Shown here piece by piece: positions 26,001-41,000 of a stretch of DNA of 64,000 nt; position 1 is the stretch's first letter; every line of letters begins with the position of its first letter. Below the pieces are notes generated by a model, which was not told the DNA's origin, did no database searches, and was given only the letters and a program-made list of their open reading frames with translations. The DNA lies in the NCBI GenBank assembly GCA_040954595.2, contig CM082585.2, positions 1,704,902-1,768,901 of the forward strand, read 5' to 3'. The position numbers and the translations under genes were made by a program. The stretch is from Balanoglossus misakiensis. Taxonomy: Eukaryota; Animalia; Hemichordata.

Positions 26001-29000
26001 ACTCTGTAGATCGACGGATAGCTGTAAAATTTCCATGTTTGCTTGCAAACAGCCTTGTTTATTTACGGAATTCTGTTTTGAGGCGCAGAACACATGATAG
26101 GCCTATGCGCATACGACATTTTTCCACTAGACTCTGTAGATCGACGGATAGTTGTAAAATTTCCATGGTTGCTTCCAAACAACCTCGTTTGTTTACCGAA
26201 TTCTGTTGTGATGCGCAGAACACATATATAGGCCTATGCGCATAAGAACGTTTTCCACTAGACTCTGTAGATCGACGGATAGTTGTAAAATGTTCATGGT
26301 TGCTTCCAAATACAGCCTCGTTTATTTACCGATTTCTGTTGTGATGCGCATAACACATATATAGGCCTATGCGCATTATAACGTTTTCCACTAGACTCTG
26401 TAGATCGACGGATAGTTGTAAAATTTCCATGGTTGCTTCCAAACAGCCTCGTTTATTTACCGAATTCTGTTGTTAGGCGCAGAACACGTTATAGGCCTAT
26501 GCGCATAAGAAAGTTTTCCACCAGACTCTGTAGATCGACGGATTTTTGTAAAATTTCCATGGTTGCTTCCAAACAGCCTCGTTTATTTACCGAATTCTGT
26601 TGTTAGGCGCAGAACACGTTATAGGCCTATGCGCATAAGAAAGTTTTCCACCAGACTCTGTAGATGGACTGATAGTTGTAAAATTTCCATGGTTGCTTCC
26701 AAACAGCCTCGTTTATTTACTGATTTCTGTTGTGAGGCGCAGAACACATGATAGGCCAATGCGCATAAGACATTTTTCCACTAGACTCTGTAGATCGACG
26801 GATAGTTGTAAAATTTCCATGGTTGCTTCCAAACAACCTCGTTTGTTTACGAATTCTGTTGTGATGCGCAGAACACATATATAGGGCTATGCGCATAAGA
26901 AAGTTTTCCACCAGACTCCGTAGATCGACGGATAGTTGTAAAATTTCCATGGTTGCTTCCAAACAGCCTCGTTTATTTACCGAATTCTGTTGTGAGGCGC
27001 AGAACACATAGATAGGCATATGTGCATAAGAAAGTTTTCCACTATAGACTCTGTAGATCGAGAGATAGTTCTAAAATGTCCATGGTTGCTACCAAACACA
27101 GCCTCGTTTGTTTACAAAATTCTGTTGTGATGCGCAGAACACATAGATAGGCCTATGCGCATATGAACGTTTTCCACCATACACTGTAGATCGAGAGATA
27201 GTTCTAAAACTTCCATGTTTGCTTCCAAACAGCCTCGTTTATTTGCGGAATTCTGTTTTGAGGCGCAGAACACATAGATAGGCATATGTGAATAAGAAAG
27301 TTTTCCACTATAGACTCTGTAGATCGAGAGATAGTTGTAAAATTTCCATGGTTGCTTCCAAACAGCCTCGTTTATTTACCGATTTCTGTTGTGAGGCGCA
27401 GAACACATAGATAGGCCTATGCGCATAAAAAACTTTTCAACTTTAGATCAACGGATAGTTCTAAAATTTCCATGGTTGTTTCCAAACAGCCTCGTTTATT
27501 TACCGAATTCTGTTGTGATGCGTAGAACACATACATATGCCTATGCGCATAAGAAAGTTTTCCACTAGACTCCGTAGATCGACGAATAGTTCTAAAATGT
27601 CCATGGTTGCTTCCAAACAAAGCCTGGTTTGTTTACAAAATTCTGTTGTGATGCGCAGAACACATAGATAGGCCTATGCGCATATGAACGTTTTCCACTA
27701 TACTCTGTAGATCGAGAGATAGTTCTAAAATTTCCATGTTTGCTTCCAAACAGCCTCGTTTATTTACGGAATTCTGTTTTGAGGCGCAGAACACATAGAT
27801 AGGCATATGTGCATAAGAAAGTTTTCCACTATAGACTCTGTAGATCGAGAGATAGTTCTAAAATGTCCATGGTTGCTTCCAAACACAGCCTCGTTTGTTT
27901 ACAAAATTCTGTTGTGATGCGCAGAACACATATATAGGCCTATGCGCATAAGAACGTTTTCCACTAGACTCTGTAGATCGACGGATAGCTGTAAAATTTC
28001 CATGGTTGCTTCCAAACTGCCTCGTTTATTTACCGATTTCTGTTGTGAGGCGCAGAACACATGATAGGCCTATGCGCATAAGACATTTTTCCACTAGACT
28101 CTGTAGATCGACGGATAGTTCTAAAATTTCCATGGTTGCTTCCAAACAGCCTCGTTTATTTACCGAATTCTGTTGTGAGGCGCAGAACACGTAATAGACC
28201 TATGCGCATTAGAAAGTTTTCCACAAGACTCTGTAGATCGACGGATAGATGTAAAATGTCCACGGTTGCTTCCAAATACAGCCTCGTTTATTTACCGATT
28301 TCTGTTGTGATGCGCATAACACATATATAGGCCTATGCGCAAAAGAACGTTTTCCACTAGACTCTGTAGATCGACGGATAGCTGTAAAATTTCCATGTTT
28401 GCTTCCAAACAGCCTCGTTTATTTACGGAATTCTGTTGTGAGGCGCAGAACACGTAATAGGCCTATGCGCATTAGAAAGTTTTCCACAGGACTCTGTAGA
28501 TCGACGGATAGTTGTAAAATGTCCATGGTTGCTTCCAAATACAGCCTCGTTTATTTACCGATTTCTGTTGTGATGCGCATAACATATATATAGGCCTATG
28601 CGCAAAAGAACGTTTTCCACTAGACTCTGTAGATCGACGGATAGCTGTAAAATTTCCATGTTTGCTTGCAAACAGCCTTGTTTATTTACGGAATTCTGTT
28701 TTGAGGCGCAGAACACATGATAGGCCTATGCGCATACGACATTTTTCCACTAGACTCTGTAGATCGACGGATAGTTGTAAAATTTCCATGGTTGCTTCCA
28801 AACAACCTCGTTTGTTTACCGAATTCTGTTGTGATGCGCAGAACACATATATAGGCCTATGCGCATAAGAACGTTTTCCACTAGACTCTGTAGATCGACG
28901 GATAGTTGTAAAATGTTCATGGTTGCTTCCAAATACAGCCTCGTTTATTTACCGATTTCTGTTGTGATGCGCATAACACATAGATAGGCCTATGCGCATT

Positions 29001-32000
29001 ATAACGTTTTCCACTAGACTCTGTAGATCGACGGATAGTTGTAAAATTTCCATGGTTGCTTCCAAACAGCCTCGTTTATTTACCGAATTCTGTTGTTAGG
29101 CGCAGAACACGTTATAGGCCTATGCGCATAAGAAAGTTTTCCACCAGACTCTGTAGATCGACGGATTTTTGTAAAATTTCCATGGTTGCTTCCAAACAGC
29201 CTCGTTTATTTACCGAATTCTGTTGTTAGGCGCAGAACACGTTATAGGCCTATGCGCATAAGAAAGTTTTCCACCAGACTCTGTAGATGGACTGATAGTT
29301 GTAAAATTTCCATGGTTGCTTCCAAACAGCCTCGTTTATTTACTGATTTCTGTTGTGAGGCGCAGAACACATGATAGGCCAATGCGCATAAGACATTTTT
29401 CCACTAGACTCTGTAGATCGACGGATAGTTGTAAAATTTCCATGGTTGCTTCCAAACAACCTCGTTTGTTTACGAATTCTGTTGTGATGCGCAGAACACA
29501 TATATAGGGCTATGCGCATAAGAAAGTTTTCCACCAGACTCCGTAGATCGACGGATAGTTGTAAAATTTCCATGGTTGCTTCCAAACAGCCTCGTTTATT
29601 TACCGAATTCTGTTGTGAGGCGCAGAACACATAGATAGGCATATGTGCATAAGAAAGTTTTCCACTATAGACTCTGTAGATCGAGAGATAGTTCTAAAAT
29701 GTCCATGGTTGCTACCAAACACAGCCTCGTTTGTTTACAAAATTCTGTTGTGATGCGCAGAACACATAGATAGGCCTATGCGCATATGAACGTTTTCCAC
29801 CATACACTGTAGATCGAGAGATAGTTCTAAAACTTCCATGTTTGCTTCCAAACAGCCTCGTTTATTTGCGGAATTCTGTTTTGAGGCGCAGAACACATAG
29901 ATAGGCATATGTGAATAAGAAAGTTTTCCACTATAGACTCTGTAGATCGAGAGATAGTTGTAAAATTTCCATGGTTGCTTCCAAACAGCCTCGTTTATTT
30001 ACCGATTTCTGTTGTGAGGCGCAGAACACATAGATAGGCCTATGCGCATAAAAAACTTTTCAACTTTAGATCAACGGATAGTTCTAAAATTTCCATGGTT
30101 GTTTCCAAACAGCCTCGTTTATTTACCGAATTCTGTTGTGATGCGTAGAACACATACATATGCCTATGCGCATAAGAAAGTTTTCCACTAGACTCCGTAG
30201 ATCGACGAATAGTTCTAAAATGTCCATGGTTGCTTCCAAACAAAGCCTGGTTTGTTTACAAAATTCTGTTGTGATGCGCAGAACACATAGATAGGCCTAT
30301 GCGCATATGAACGTTTTCCACTATACTCTGTAGATCGAGAGATAGTTCTAAAATTTCCATGTTTGCTTCCAAACAGCCTCGTTTATTTACGGAATTCTGT
30401 TTTGAGGCGCAGAACACATAGATAGGCATATGTGCATAAGAAAGTTTTCCACTATAGACTCTGTAGATCGAGAGATAGTTCTAAAATGTCCATGGTTGCT
30501 TCCAAACACAGCCTCGTTTGTTTACAAAATTCTGTTGTGATGCGCAGAACACATATATAGGCCTATGCGCATAATAACGTTTTCCACTAGACTCTGTAGA
30601 TCGACGGATAGTTGTAAAAATTCCATGGTTGCTTCCAAACAGCCTCGTTTATTTACCGAATTCTGTTGTAAGGCACAGAACACATAGATAGGCCTATGTG
30701 CATAAGAAAGTTTTCCACTATAGACTCTGTAGATCGAGAGATAGTTCTAAAATGTCCATGGTTGCTTCCAAACACAGCCTCGTTTGTTTACAAAATTCTG
30801 TTGTGATGCGCAGAACACATATATAGGCCTATGCGCATAATAACGTTTTCCACTAGACTCTGTAGATCGACGGATAGTTGTAAAATTTCCATGGTTGCTT
30901 CCAAACAGCCTCGTTTATTTACCGAATTCTGTTGTGAGGCGCAGAACACATAGATAGGCATATGTGCATAAGAAAGTTTTCCACTATAGACTCTGTAGAT
31001 CGAGAGATAGTTCTAAAATGTCCATGGTTGCTACCAAACACAGCCTCGTTTGTTTACAAAATTCTGTTGTGATGCGCAGAACACATATATAGGCCTATGC
31101 GCATAAGAATGTTTCCACTAGACTCTGTAGATCGACGGATAGTTGTAAAATTTCCATGGTTGCTTCCAAACAGCCTCGTTTATTTACTGATTTCTGTTGT
31201 GAGGCGCAGAACACATGATAGGCCAATGCGCATAAGACATTTTTCCACTAGACTCTGTAGATCGACGGATAGTTGTAAAATTTCCATGGTTGCTTCCAAA
31301 CAACCTCGTTTGTTTACGAATTCTGTTGTGATGCGCAGAACACATATATAGGCCTATGCGCATAAGAACGTTTTCCACTAGACTCTGTAGATCGAGAGAT
31401 AGTTCTAAAATTTCCATGGTTGCTTCCAAACAGCCTCGTTTATTTACCGAATTCTGTTGTGAGACGCAGAACACGTAATAGGCCTATGCGCATAAGAAAG
31501 TTTTCCACCAGACTCCGTAGATCGACGGATAGTTGTAAAATTTCCATGGTTGCTTCCAAACAGCCTCGTTTATTTACGGAATTATGTTGTGAGGCGCAGA
31601 ACACGTAATAGGCCTATGCGCATTAGAAAGTTTTCCACAGGACTCTGTAGATCGACGGATAGTTGTAAAATGTCCATGGTTGCTTCCAAATACAGCCTCG
31701 TTTATTTACCGATTTCTGTTGTGATGCGCATAACATATATATAGGCCTATGCGCAAAAGAACGTTTTCCACTAGACTCTGTAGATCGACGGATAGCTGTA
31801 AAATTTCCATGTTTGCTTGCAAACAGCCTTGTTTATTTACGGAATTCTGTTTTGAGGCGCAGAACACATGATAGGCCTATGCGCATACGACATTTTTCCA
31901 CTAGACTCTGTAGATCGACGGATAGTTGTAAAATTTCCATGGTTGCTTCCAAACAACCTCGTTTGTTTACCGAATTCTGTTGTGATGCGCAGAACACATA

Positions 32001-35000
32001 TATAGGCCTATGCGCATAAGAACGTTTTCCACTAGACTCTGTAGATCGACGGATAGTTGTAAAATGTTCATGGTTGCTTCCAAATACAGCCTCGTTTATT
32101 TACCGATTTCTGTTGTGATGCGCATAACACATAGATAGGCCTATGCGCATTATAACGTTTTCCACTAGACTCTGTAGATCGACGGATAGTTGTAAAATTT
32201 CCATGGTTGCTTCCAAACAGCCTCGTTTATTTACCGAATTCTGTTGTTAGGCGCAGAACACGTTATAGGCCTATGCGCATAAGAAAGTTTTCCACCAGAC
32301 TCTGTAGATCGACGGATTTTTGTAAAATTTCCATGGTTGCTTCCAAACAGCCTCGTTTATTTACCGAATTCTGTTGTTAGGCGCAGAACACGTTATAGGC
32401 CTATGCGCATAAGAAAGTTTTCCACCAGACTCTGTAGATGGACTGATAGTTGTAAAATTTCCATGGTTGCTTCCAAACAGCCTCGTTTATTTACTGATTT
32501 CTGTTGTGAGGCGCAGAACACATGATAGGCCAATGCGCATAAGACATTTTTCCACTAGACTCTGTAGATCGACGGATAGTTGTAAAATTTCCATGGTTGC
32601 TTCCAAACAACCTCGTTTGTTTACGAATTCTGTTGTGATGCGCAGAACACATATATAGGGCTATGCGCATAAGAAAGTTTTCCACCAGACTCCGTAGATC
32701 GACGGATAGTTGTAAAATTTCCATGGTTGCTTCCAAACAGCCTCGTTTATTTACCGAATTCTGTTGTGAGGCGCAGAACACATAGATAGGCATATGTGCA
32801 TAAGAAAGTTTTCCACTATAGACTCTGTAGATCGAGAGATAGTTCTAAAATGTCCATGGTTGCTACCAAACACAGCCTCGTTTGTTTACAAAATTCTGTT
32901 GTGATGCGCAGAACACATAGATAGGCCTATGCGCATATGAACGTTTTCCACCATACACTGTAGATCGAGAGATAGTTCTAAAACTTCCATGTTTGCTTCC
33001 AAACAGCCTCGTTTATTTGCGGAATTCTGTTTTGAGGCGCAGAACACATAGATAGGCATATGTGAATAAGAAAGTTTTCCACTATAGACTCTGTAGATCG
33101 AGAGATAGTTGTAAAATTTCCATGGTTGCTTCCAAACAGCCTCGTTTATTTACCGATTTCTGTTGTGAGGCGCAGAACACATAGATAGGCCTATGCGCAT
33201 AAAAAACTTTTCAACTTTAGATCAACGGATAGTTCTAAAATTTCCATGGTTGTTTCCAAACAGCCTCGTTTATTTAACGAATTCTGTTGTGATGCGTAGA
33301 ACACATACATATGCCTATGCGCATAAGAAAGTTTTCCACTAGACTCCGTAGATCGACGAATAGTTCTAAAATGTCCATGGTTGCTTCCAAACAAAGCCTG
33401 GTTTGTTTACAAAATTCTGTTGTGATGCGCAGAACACATAGATAGGCCTATGCGCATATGAACGTTTTCCACTATACTCTGTAGATCGAGAGATAGTTCT
33501 AAAATTTCCATGTTTGCTTCCAAACAGCCTCGTTTATTTACGGAATTCTGTTTTGAGGCGCAGAACACATAGATAGGCATATGTGCATAAGAAAGTTTTC
33601 CACTATAGACTCTGTAGATCGAGAGATAGTTCTAAAATGTCCATGGTTGCTTCCAAACACAGCCTCGTTTGTTTACAAAATTCTGTTGTGATGCGCAGAA
33701 CACATATATAGGCCTATGCGCATAATAACGTTTTCCACTAGACTCTGTAGATCGACGGATAGTTGTAAAATTTCCATGGTTGCTTCCAAACAGCCTCGTT
33801 TATTTACCGAATTCTGTTGTAAGGCACAGAACACATAGATAGGCCTATGTGCATAAGAAAGTTTTCCACTATAGACTCTGTAGATCGAGAGATAGTTCTA
33901 AAATGTCCATGGTTGCTTCCAAACACAGCCTCGTTTGTTTACAAAATTCTGTTGTGATGCGCAGAACACATATATAGGCCTATGCGCATAATAACGTTTT
34001 CCACTAGACTCTGTAGATCGACGGATAGTTGTAAAATTTCCATGGTTGCTTCCAAACAGCCTCGTTTATTTACCGAATTCTGTTGTGAGGCGCAGAACAC
34101 ATAGATAGGCATATGTGCATAAGAAAGTTTTCCACTATAGACTCTGTAGATCGAGAGATAGTTCTAAAATGTCCATGGTTGCTACCAAACACAGCCTCGT
34201 TTGTTTACAAAATTCTGTTGTGATGCGCAGAACACATATATAGGCCTATGCGCATAAGAACGTTTCCACTAGACTCTGTAGATCGACGGATAGTTGTAAA
34301 ATTTCCATGGTTGCTTCCAAACAGCCTCGTTTATTTACTGATTTCTGTTGTGAGGCGCAGAACACATGATAGGCCAATGCGCATAAGACATTTTTCCACT
34401 AGACTCTGTAGATCGACGGATAGTTGTAAAATTTCAATGGTTGCTTCCAAACAACCTTGTTTGTTTACGAATTCTGTTGTGATGCGCAGAACACATATAT
34501 AGGCCTATGCGCATAAGAACGTTTTCCACTAGACTCTGTAGATCGAGAGATAGTTCTAAAATTTCCATGGTTGCTTCCAAACAGCCTCGTTTATTTACCG
34601 AATTCTGTTGTGAGACGCAGAACACGTAATAGGCCTATGCGCATAAGAAAGTTTTCCACCAGACTCCGTAGATCGACGGATAGTTGTAAAATTTCCATGG
34701 TTGCTTCCAAACAGCCTCGTTTATTTACCGAATTCTGTTGTGAGGCGCAGAACACATAGATAGGCCTATGTGCATAAGAAAGTTTTCCACTATAGACTCT
34801 GTAGATCGAGAGATAGTTCTAAAATGTCCATGGTTGCTACCAAACACAGCCTCGTTTGTTTACAAAATTCTGTTGTGATGCGCAGAACACATATATAGGG
34901 CTATGCGCATAAGAAAGTTTTCCACTATAGACTCTGTAGATCGAGAGATAGTTCTAAAATGTCCATGGTTGCTTCCAAACACAGCCTCGTTTGTTTACAA

Positions 35001-38000
35001 AATTCTGTTGTGATGCGCAGAACACATATATAGGCCTATGCGCATAATAACGTTTTCCACTAGACTCTGTAGATCGACGGATAGTTGTAAAATTTCCATG
35101 GTTGCTTCCAAACAGCCTCGTTTATTTACCGAATTCTGTTGTGAGGCGCAGAACACATAGATAGGCATATGTGCATAAGAAAGTTTTCCACTATAGACTC
35201 TGTAGATCGAGAGATAGTTCTAAAATGTCCATGGTTGCTACCAAACACAGCCTCGTTTGTTTACAAAATTCTGTTGTGATGCGCAGAACACATATATAGG
35301 CCTATGCGCATAAGAACGTTTCCACTAGACTCTGTAGATCGACGGATAGTTGTAAAATTTCCATGGTTGCTTCCAAACAGCCTCGTTTATTTACTGATTT
35401 CTGTTGTGAGGCGCAGAACACATGATAGGCCAATGCGCATAAGACATTTTTCCACTAGACTCTGTAGATCGACGGATAGTTGTAAAATTTCAATGGTTGC
35501 TTCCAAACAACCTTGTTTGTTTACGAATTCTGTTGTGATGCGCAGAACACATATATAGGCCTATGCGCATAAGAACGTTTTCCACTAGACTCTGTAGATC
35601 GAGAGATAGTTCTAAAATTTCCATGGTTGCTTCCAAACAGCCTCGTTTATTTACCGAATTCTGTTGTGAGACGCAGAACACGTAATAGGCCTATGCGCAT
35701 AAGAAAGTTTTCCACCAGACTCCGTAGATCGACGGATAGTTGTAAAATTTCCATGGTTGCTTCCAAACAGCCTCGTTTATTTACCGAATTCTGTTGTGAG
35801 GCGCAGAACACATAGATAGGCCTATGTGCATAAGAAAGTTTTCCACTATAGACTCTGTAGATCGAGAGATAGTTCTAAAATGTCCATGGTTGCTACCAAA
35901 CACAGCCTCGTTTGTTTACAAAATTCTGTTGTGATGCGCAGAACACATATATAGGGCTATGCGCATAAGAAAGTTTTCCACCAGACTCCGTAGATCGACG
36001 GATAGTTGTAAAATTTCCATGGTTGCTTCCAAACAGCCTCGTTTATTTACCGAATTCTGTTGTGAGGCGCAGAACACATAGATAGGCATATGTGCATAAG
36101 AAAGTTTTCCACTATAGACTCTGTAGATCGAGAGATAGTTCTAAAATGTCCATGGTTGCTACCAAACACAGCCTCGTTTGTTTACAAAATTCTGTTGTGA
36201 TGCGCAGAACACATAGATAGGCCTATGCGCATATGAACGTTTTCCACCATACACTGTAGATCGAGAGATAGTTCTAAAACTTCCATGTTTGCTTCCAAAC
36301 AGCCTCGTTTATTTGCGGAATTCTGTTTTGAGGCGCAGAACACATAGATAGGCATATGTGAATAAGAAAGTTTTCCACTATAGACTCTGTAGATCGAGAG
36401 ATAGTTGTAAAATTTCCATGGTTGCTTCCAAACAGCCTCGTTTATTTACCGATTTCTGTTGTGAGGCGCAGAACACATAGATAGGCCTATGCGCATAAAA
36501 AACTTTTCAACTTTAGATCAACGGATAGTTCTAAAATTTCCATGGTTGTTTCCAAACAGCCTCGTTTATTTACCGAATTCTGTTGTGATGCGTAGAACAC
36601 ATACATATGCCTATGCGCATAAGAAAGTTTTCCACTAGACTCCGTAGATCGACGAATAGTTCTAAAATGTCCATGGTTGCTTCCAAACAAAGCCTGGTTT
36701 GTTTACAAAATTCTGTTGTGATGCGCAGAACACATAGATAGGCCTATGCGCATATGAACGTTTTCCACTATACTCTGTAGATCGAGAGATAGTTCTAAAA
36801 TTTCCATGTTTGCTTCCAAACAGCCTCGTTTATTTACGGAATTCTGTTTTGAGGCGCAGAACACATAGATAGGCATATGTGCATAAGAAAGTTTTCCACT
36901 ATAGACTCTGTAGATCGAGAGATAGTTCTAAAATGTCCATGGTTGCTTCCAAACACAGCCACGTTTGTTTACAAAATTCTGTTGTGATGCGCAGAACACA
37001 TATATAGGCCTATGCGCATAATAACGTTTTCCACTAGACTCTGTAGATCGACGGATAGTTGTAAAATTTCCATGGTTGCTTCCAAACAGCCTCGTTTATT
37101 TACCGAATTCTGTTGTAAGGCACAGAACACATAGATAGGCCTATGTGCATAAGAAAGTTTTCCACTATAGACTCTGTAGATCGAGAGATAGTTCTAAAAT
37201 GTCCATGGTTGCTTCCAAACACAGCCTCGTTTGTTTACACAATTCTGTTGTGATGCGCAGAACACATATATAGGCCTATGCGCATAATAACGTTTTCCGC
37301 TAGACTCTGTAGATCGACGGATAGTTGTAAAATTTCCATGGTTGCTTCCAAACAGCCTCGTTTATTTACCGAATTCTGTTGTGAGGCGCAGAACACATAG
37401 ATAGGCATATGTGCATAAGAAAGTTTTCCACTATAGACTCTGTAGATCGAGAGATAGTTCTAAAATGTCCATGGTTGCTACCAAACACAGCCTCGTTTGT
37501 TTACAAAATTCTGTTGTGATGCGCAGAACACATATATAGGCCTATGCGCATAAGAACGTTTCCACTAGACTCTGTAGATCGACGGATAGTTGTAAAATTT
37601 CCATGGTTGCTTCCAAACAGCCTCGTTTATTTACTGATTTCTGTTGTGAGGCGCAGAACACATGATAGGCCAATGCGCATAAGACATTTTTCCACTAGAC
37701 TCTGTAGATCGACGGATAGTTGTAAAATTTCCATGGTTGCTTCCAAACAACCTCGTTTGTTTACGAATTCTGTTGTGATGCGCAGAACACATATATAGGC
37801 CTATGCGCATAAGAACGTTTTCCACTAGACTCTGTAGATCGAGAGATAGTTCTAAAATTTCCATGGTTGCTTCCAAACAGCCTCGTTTATTTACCGAATT
37901 CTGTTGTGAGACGCAGAACACGTAATAGGCCTATGCGCATAAGAAAGTTTTCCACCAGACTCCGTAGATCGACGGATAGTTGTAAAATTTCCATGGTTGC

Positions 38001-41000
38001 TTCCAAACAGCCTCGTTTATTTACCGAATTCTGTTGTGAGGCGCAGAACACATAGATAGGCCTATGTGCATAAGAAAGTTTTCCACTATAGACTCTGTAG
38101 ATCGAGAGATAGTTCTAAAATGTCCATGGTTGCTACCAAACACAGCCTCGTTTGTTTACAAAATTCTGTTGTGATGCGCAGAACACATAGATAGGCCTAT
38201 GCGCATAAGAAAGTTTTCCACCAGACTCCGTAGATCGACGGATAGTTGTAAAATTTCCATGGTTGCTTCCAAACAGCCTCGTTTATTTACCGAATTCTGT
38301 TGTGAGGCGCAGAACACATAGATAGGCCTATGTGCATAAGAAAGTTTTCCACTATAGACTCTGTAGATCGAGAGATAGTTCTAAAATGTCAATGGTTGCT
38401 ACCAAACACAGCCTCGTTTGTTTACAAAATTCTGTTGTGATGCGCAGAACACATATATAGGGCTATGCGCATAAGAAAGTTTTCCACCAGACTCCGTAGA
38501 TCGACGGATAGTTGTAAAATTTCCATGGTTGCTTCCAAACAGCCTCGTTTATTTACCGAATTCTGTTGTGAGGCGCAGAACACATAGATAGGCATATGTG
38601 CATAAGAAAGTTTTCCACTATAGACTCTGTAGATCGAGAGATAGTTCTAAAATGTCCATGGTTGCTACCAAACACAGCCTCGTTTGTTTACAAAATTCTG
38701 TTGTGATGCGCAGAACACATAGATAGGCCTATGCGCATATGAACGTTTTCCACCATACACTGTAGATCGAGAGATAGTTCTAAAACTTCCATGTTTGCTT
38801 CCAAACAGCCTCGTTTATTTGCGGAATTCTGTTTTGAGGCGCAGAACACATAGATAGGCATATGTGAATAAGAAAGTTTTCCACTATAGACTCTGTAGAT
38901 CGAGAGATAGTTGTAAAATTTCCATGGTTGCTTCCAAACAGCCTCGTTTATTTACCGATTTCTGTTGTGAGGCGCAGAACACATAGATAGGCCTATGCGC
39001 ATAAAAAACTTTTCAACTTTAGATCAACGGATAGTTCTAAAATTTCCATGGTTGTTTCCAAACAGCCTCGTTTATTTACCGAATTCTGTTGTGATGCGTA
39101 GAACACATACATATGCCTATGCGCATAAGAAAGTTTTCCACTAGACTCCGTAGATCGACGAATAGTTCTAAAATGTCCATGGTTGCTTCCAAACAAAGCC
39201 TGGTTTGTTTACAAAATTCTGTTGTGATGCGCAGAACACATAGATAGGCCTATGCGCATATGAACGTTTTCCACTATACTCTGTAGATCGAGAGATAGTT
39301 CTAAAATTTCCATGTTTGCTTCCAAACAGCCTCGTTTATTTACGGAATTCTGTTTTGAGGCGCAGAACACATAGATAGGCATATGTGCATAAGAAAGTTT
39401 TCCACTATAGACTCTGTAGATCGAGAGATAGTTCTAAAATGTCCATGGTTGCTTCCAAACACAGCCTCGTTTGTTTACAAAATTCTGTTGTGATGCGCAG
39501 AACACATATATAGGCCTATGCGCATAATAACGTTTTCCACTAGACTCTGTAGATCGACGGATAGTTGTAAAATTTCCATGGTTGCTTCCAAACAGCCTCG
39601 TTTATTTACCGAATTCTGTTGTAAGGCACAGAACACATAGATAGGCCTATGTGCATAAGAAAGTTTTCCACTATAGACTCTGTAGATCGAGAGATAGTTC
39701 TAAAATGTCCATGGTTGCTTCCAAACACAGCCTCGTTTGTTTACAAAATTCTGTTGTGATGCGCAGAACACATATATAGGCCTATGCGCATAATAACGTT
39801 TTCCACTAGACTCTGTAGATCGACGGATAGTTGTAAAATTTCCATGGTTGCTTCCAAACAGCCTCGTTTATTTACCGAATTCTGTTGTGAGGCGCAGAAC
39901 ACATAGATAGGCATATGTGCATAAGAAAGTTTTCCACTACAGACTCTGTAGATCGAGAGATAGTTCTAAAATGTCCATGGTTGCTACCAAACACAGCCTC
40001 GTTTGTTTACAAAATTCTGTTGTGATGCGCAGAACACATATATAGGCCTATGCGCATAAGAACGTTTCCACTAGACTCTGTAGATCGACGGATAGTTGTA
40101 AAATTTCCATGGTTGCTTCCAAACAGCCTCGTTTATTTACTGATTTCTGTTGTGAGGCGCAGAACACATGATAGGCCAATGCGCATAAGACATTTTTCCA
40201 CTAGACTCTGTAGATCGACGGATAGTTGTAAAATTTCCATGGTTGCTTCCAAACAACCTCGTTTGTTTACGAATTCTGTTGTGATGCGCAGAACACATAT
40301 ATAGGCCTATGCGCATAAGAACGTTTTCCACTAGACTCTGTAGATCGAGAGATAGTTCTAAAATTTCCATGGTTGCTTCCAAACAGCCTCGTTTATTTAC
40401 CGAATTCTGTTGTGAGACGCAGAACACGTAATAGGCCTATGCGCATAAGAAAGTTTTCCACCAGACTCCGTAGATCGACGGATAGTTGTAAAATTTCCAT
40501 GGTTGCTTCCAAACAGCCTCGTTTATTTACCGAATTCTGTTGTGAGGCGCAGAACACATAGATAGGCCTATGTGCATAAGAAAGTTTTCCACTATAGACT
40601 CTGTAGATCGAGAGATAGTTCTAAAATGTCCATGGTTGCTACCAAACACAGCCTCGTTTGTTTACAAAATTCTGTTGTGATGCGCAGAACACATAGATAG
40701 GCCTATGCGCATATGAACGTTTTCCACTATACACTGTAGATCGAGAGATAGTTCTAAAACTTCCATGTTTGCTTCCAAACAGCCTCGTTTATTTGCGGAA
40801 TTCTGTTTTGAGGCGCAGAACACATAGATAGGCATATGTGAATAAGAAAGTTTTCCACTATAGACTCTGTAGATCGAGAGATAGTTGTAAAATTTCCATG
40901 GTTGCTTCCAAACAGCCTCGTTTATTTACCGATTTCTGTTGTGAGGCGCAGAACACATAGATAGGCCTATGCGCATAAAAAACTTTTCAACTTTAGATCA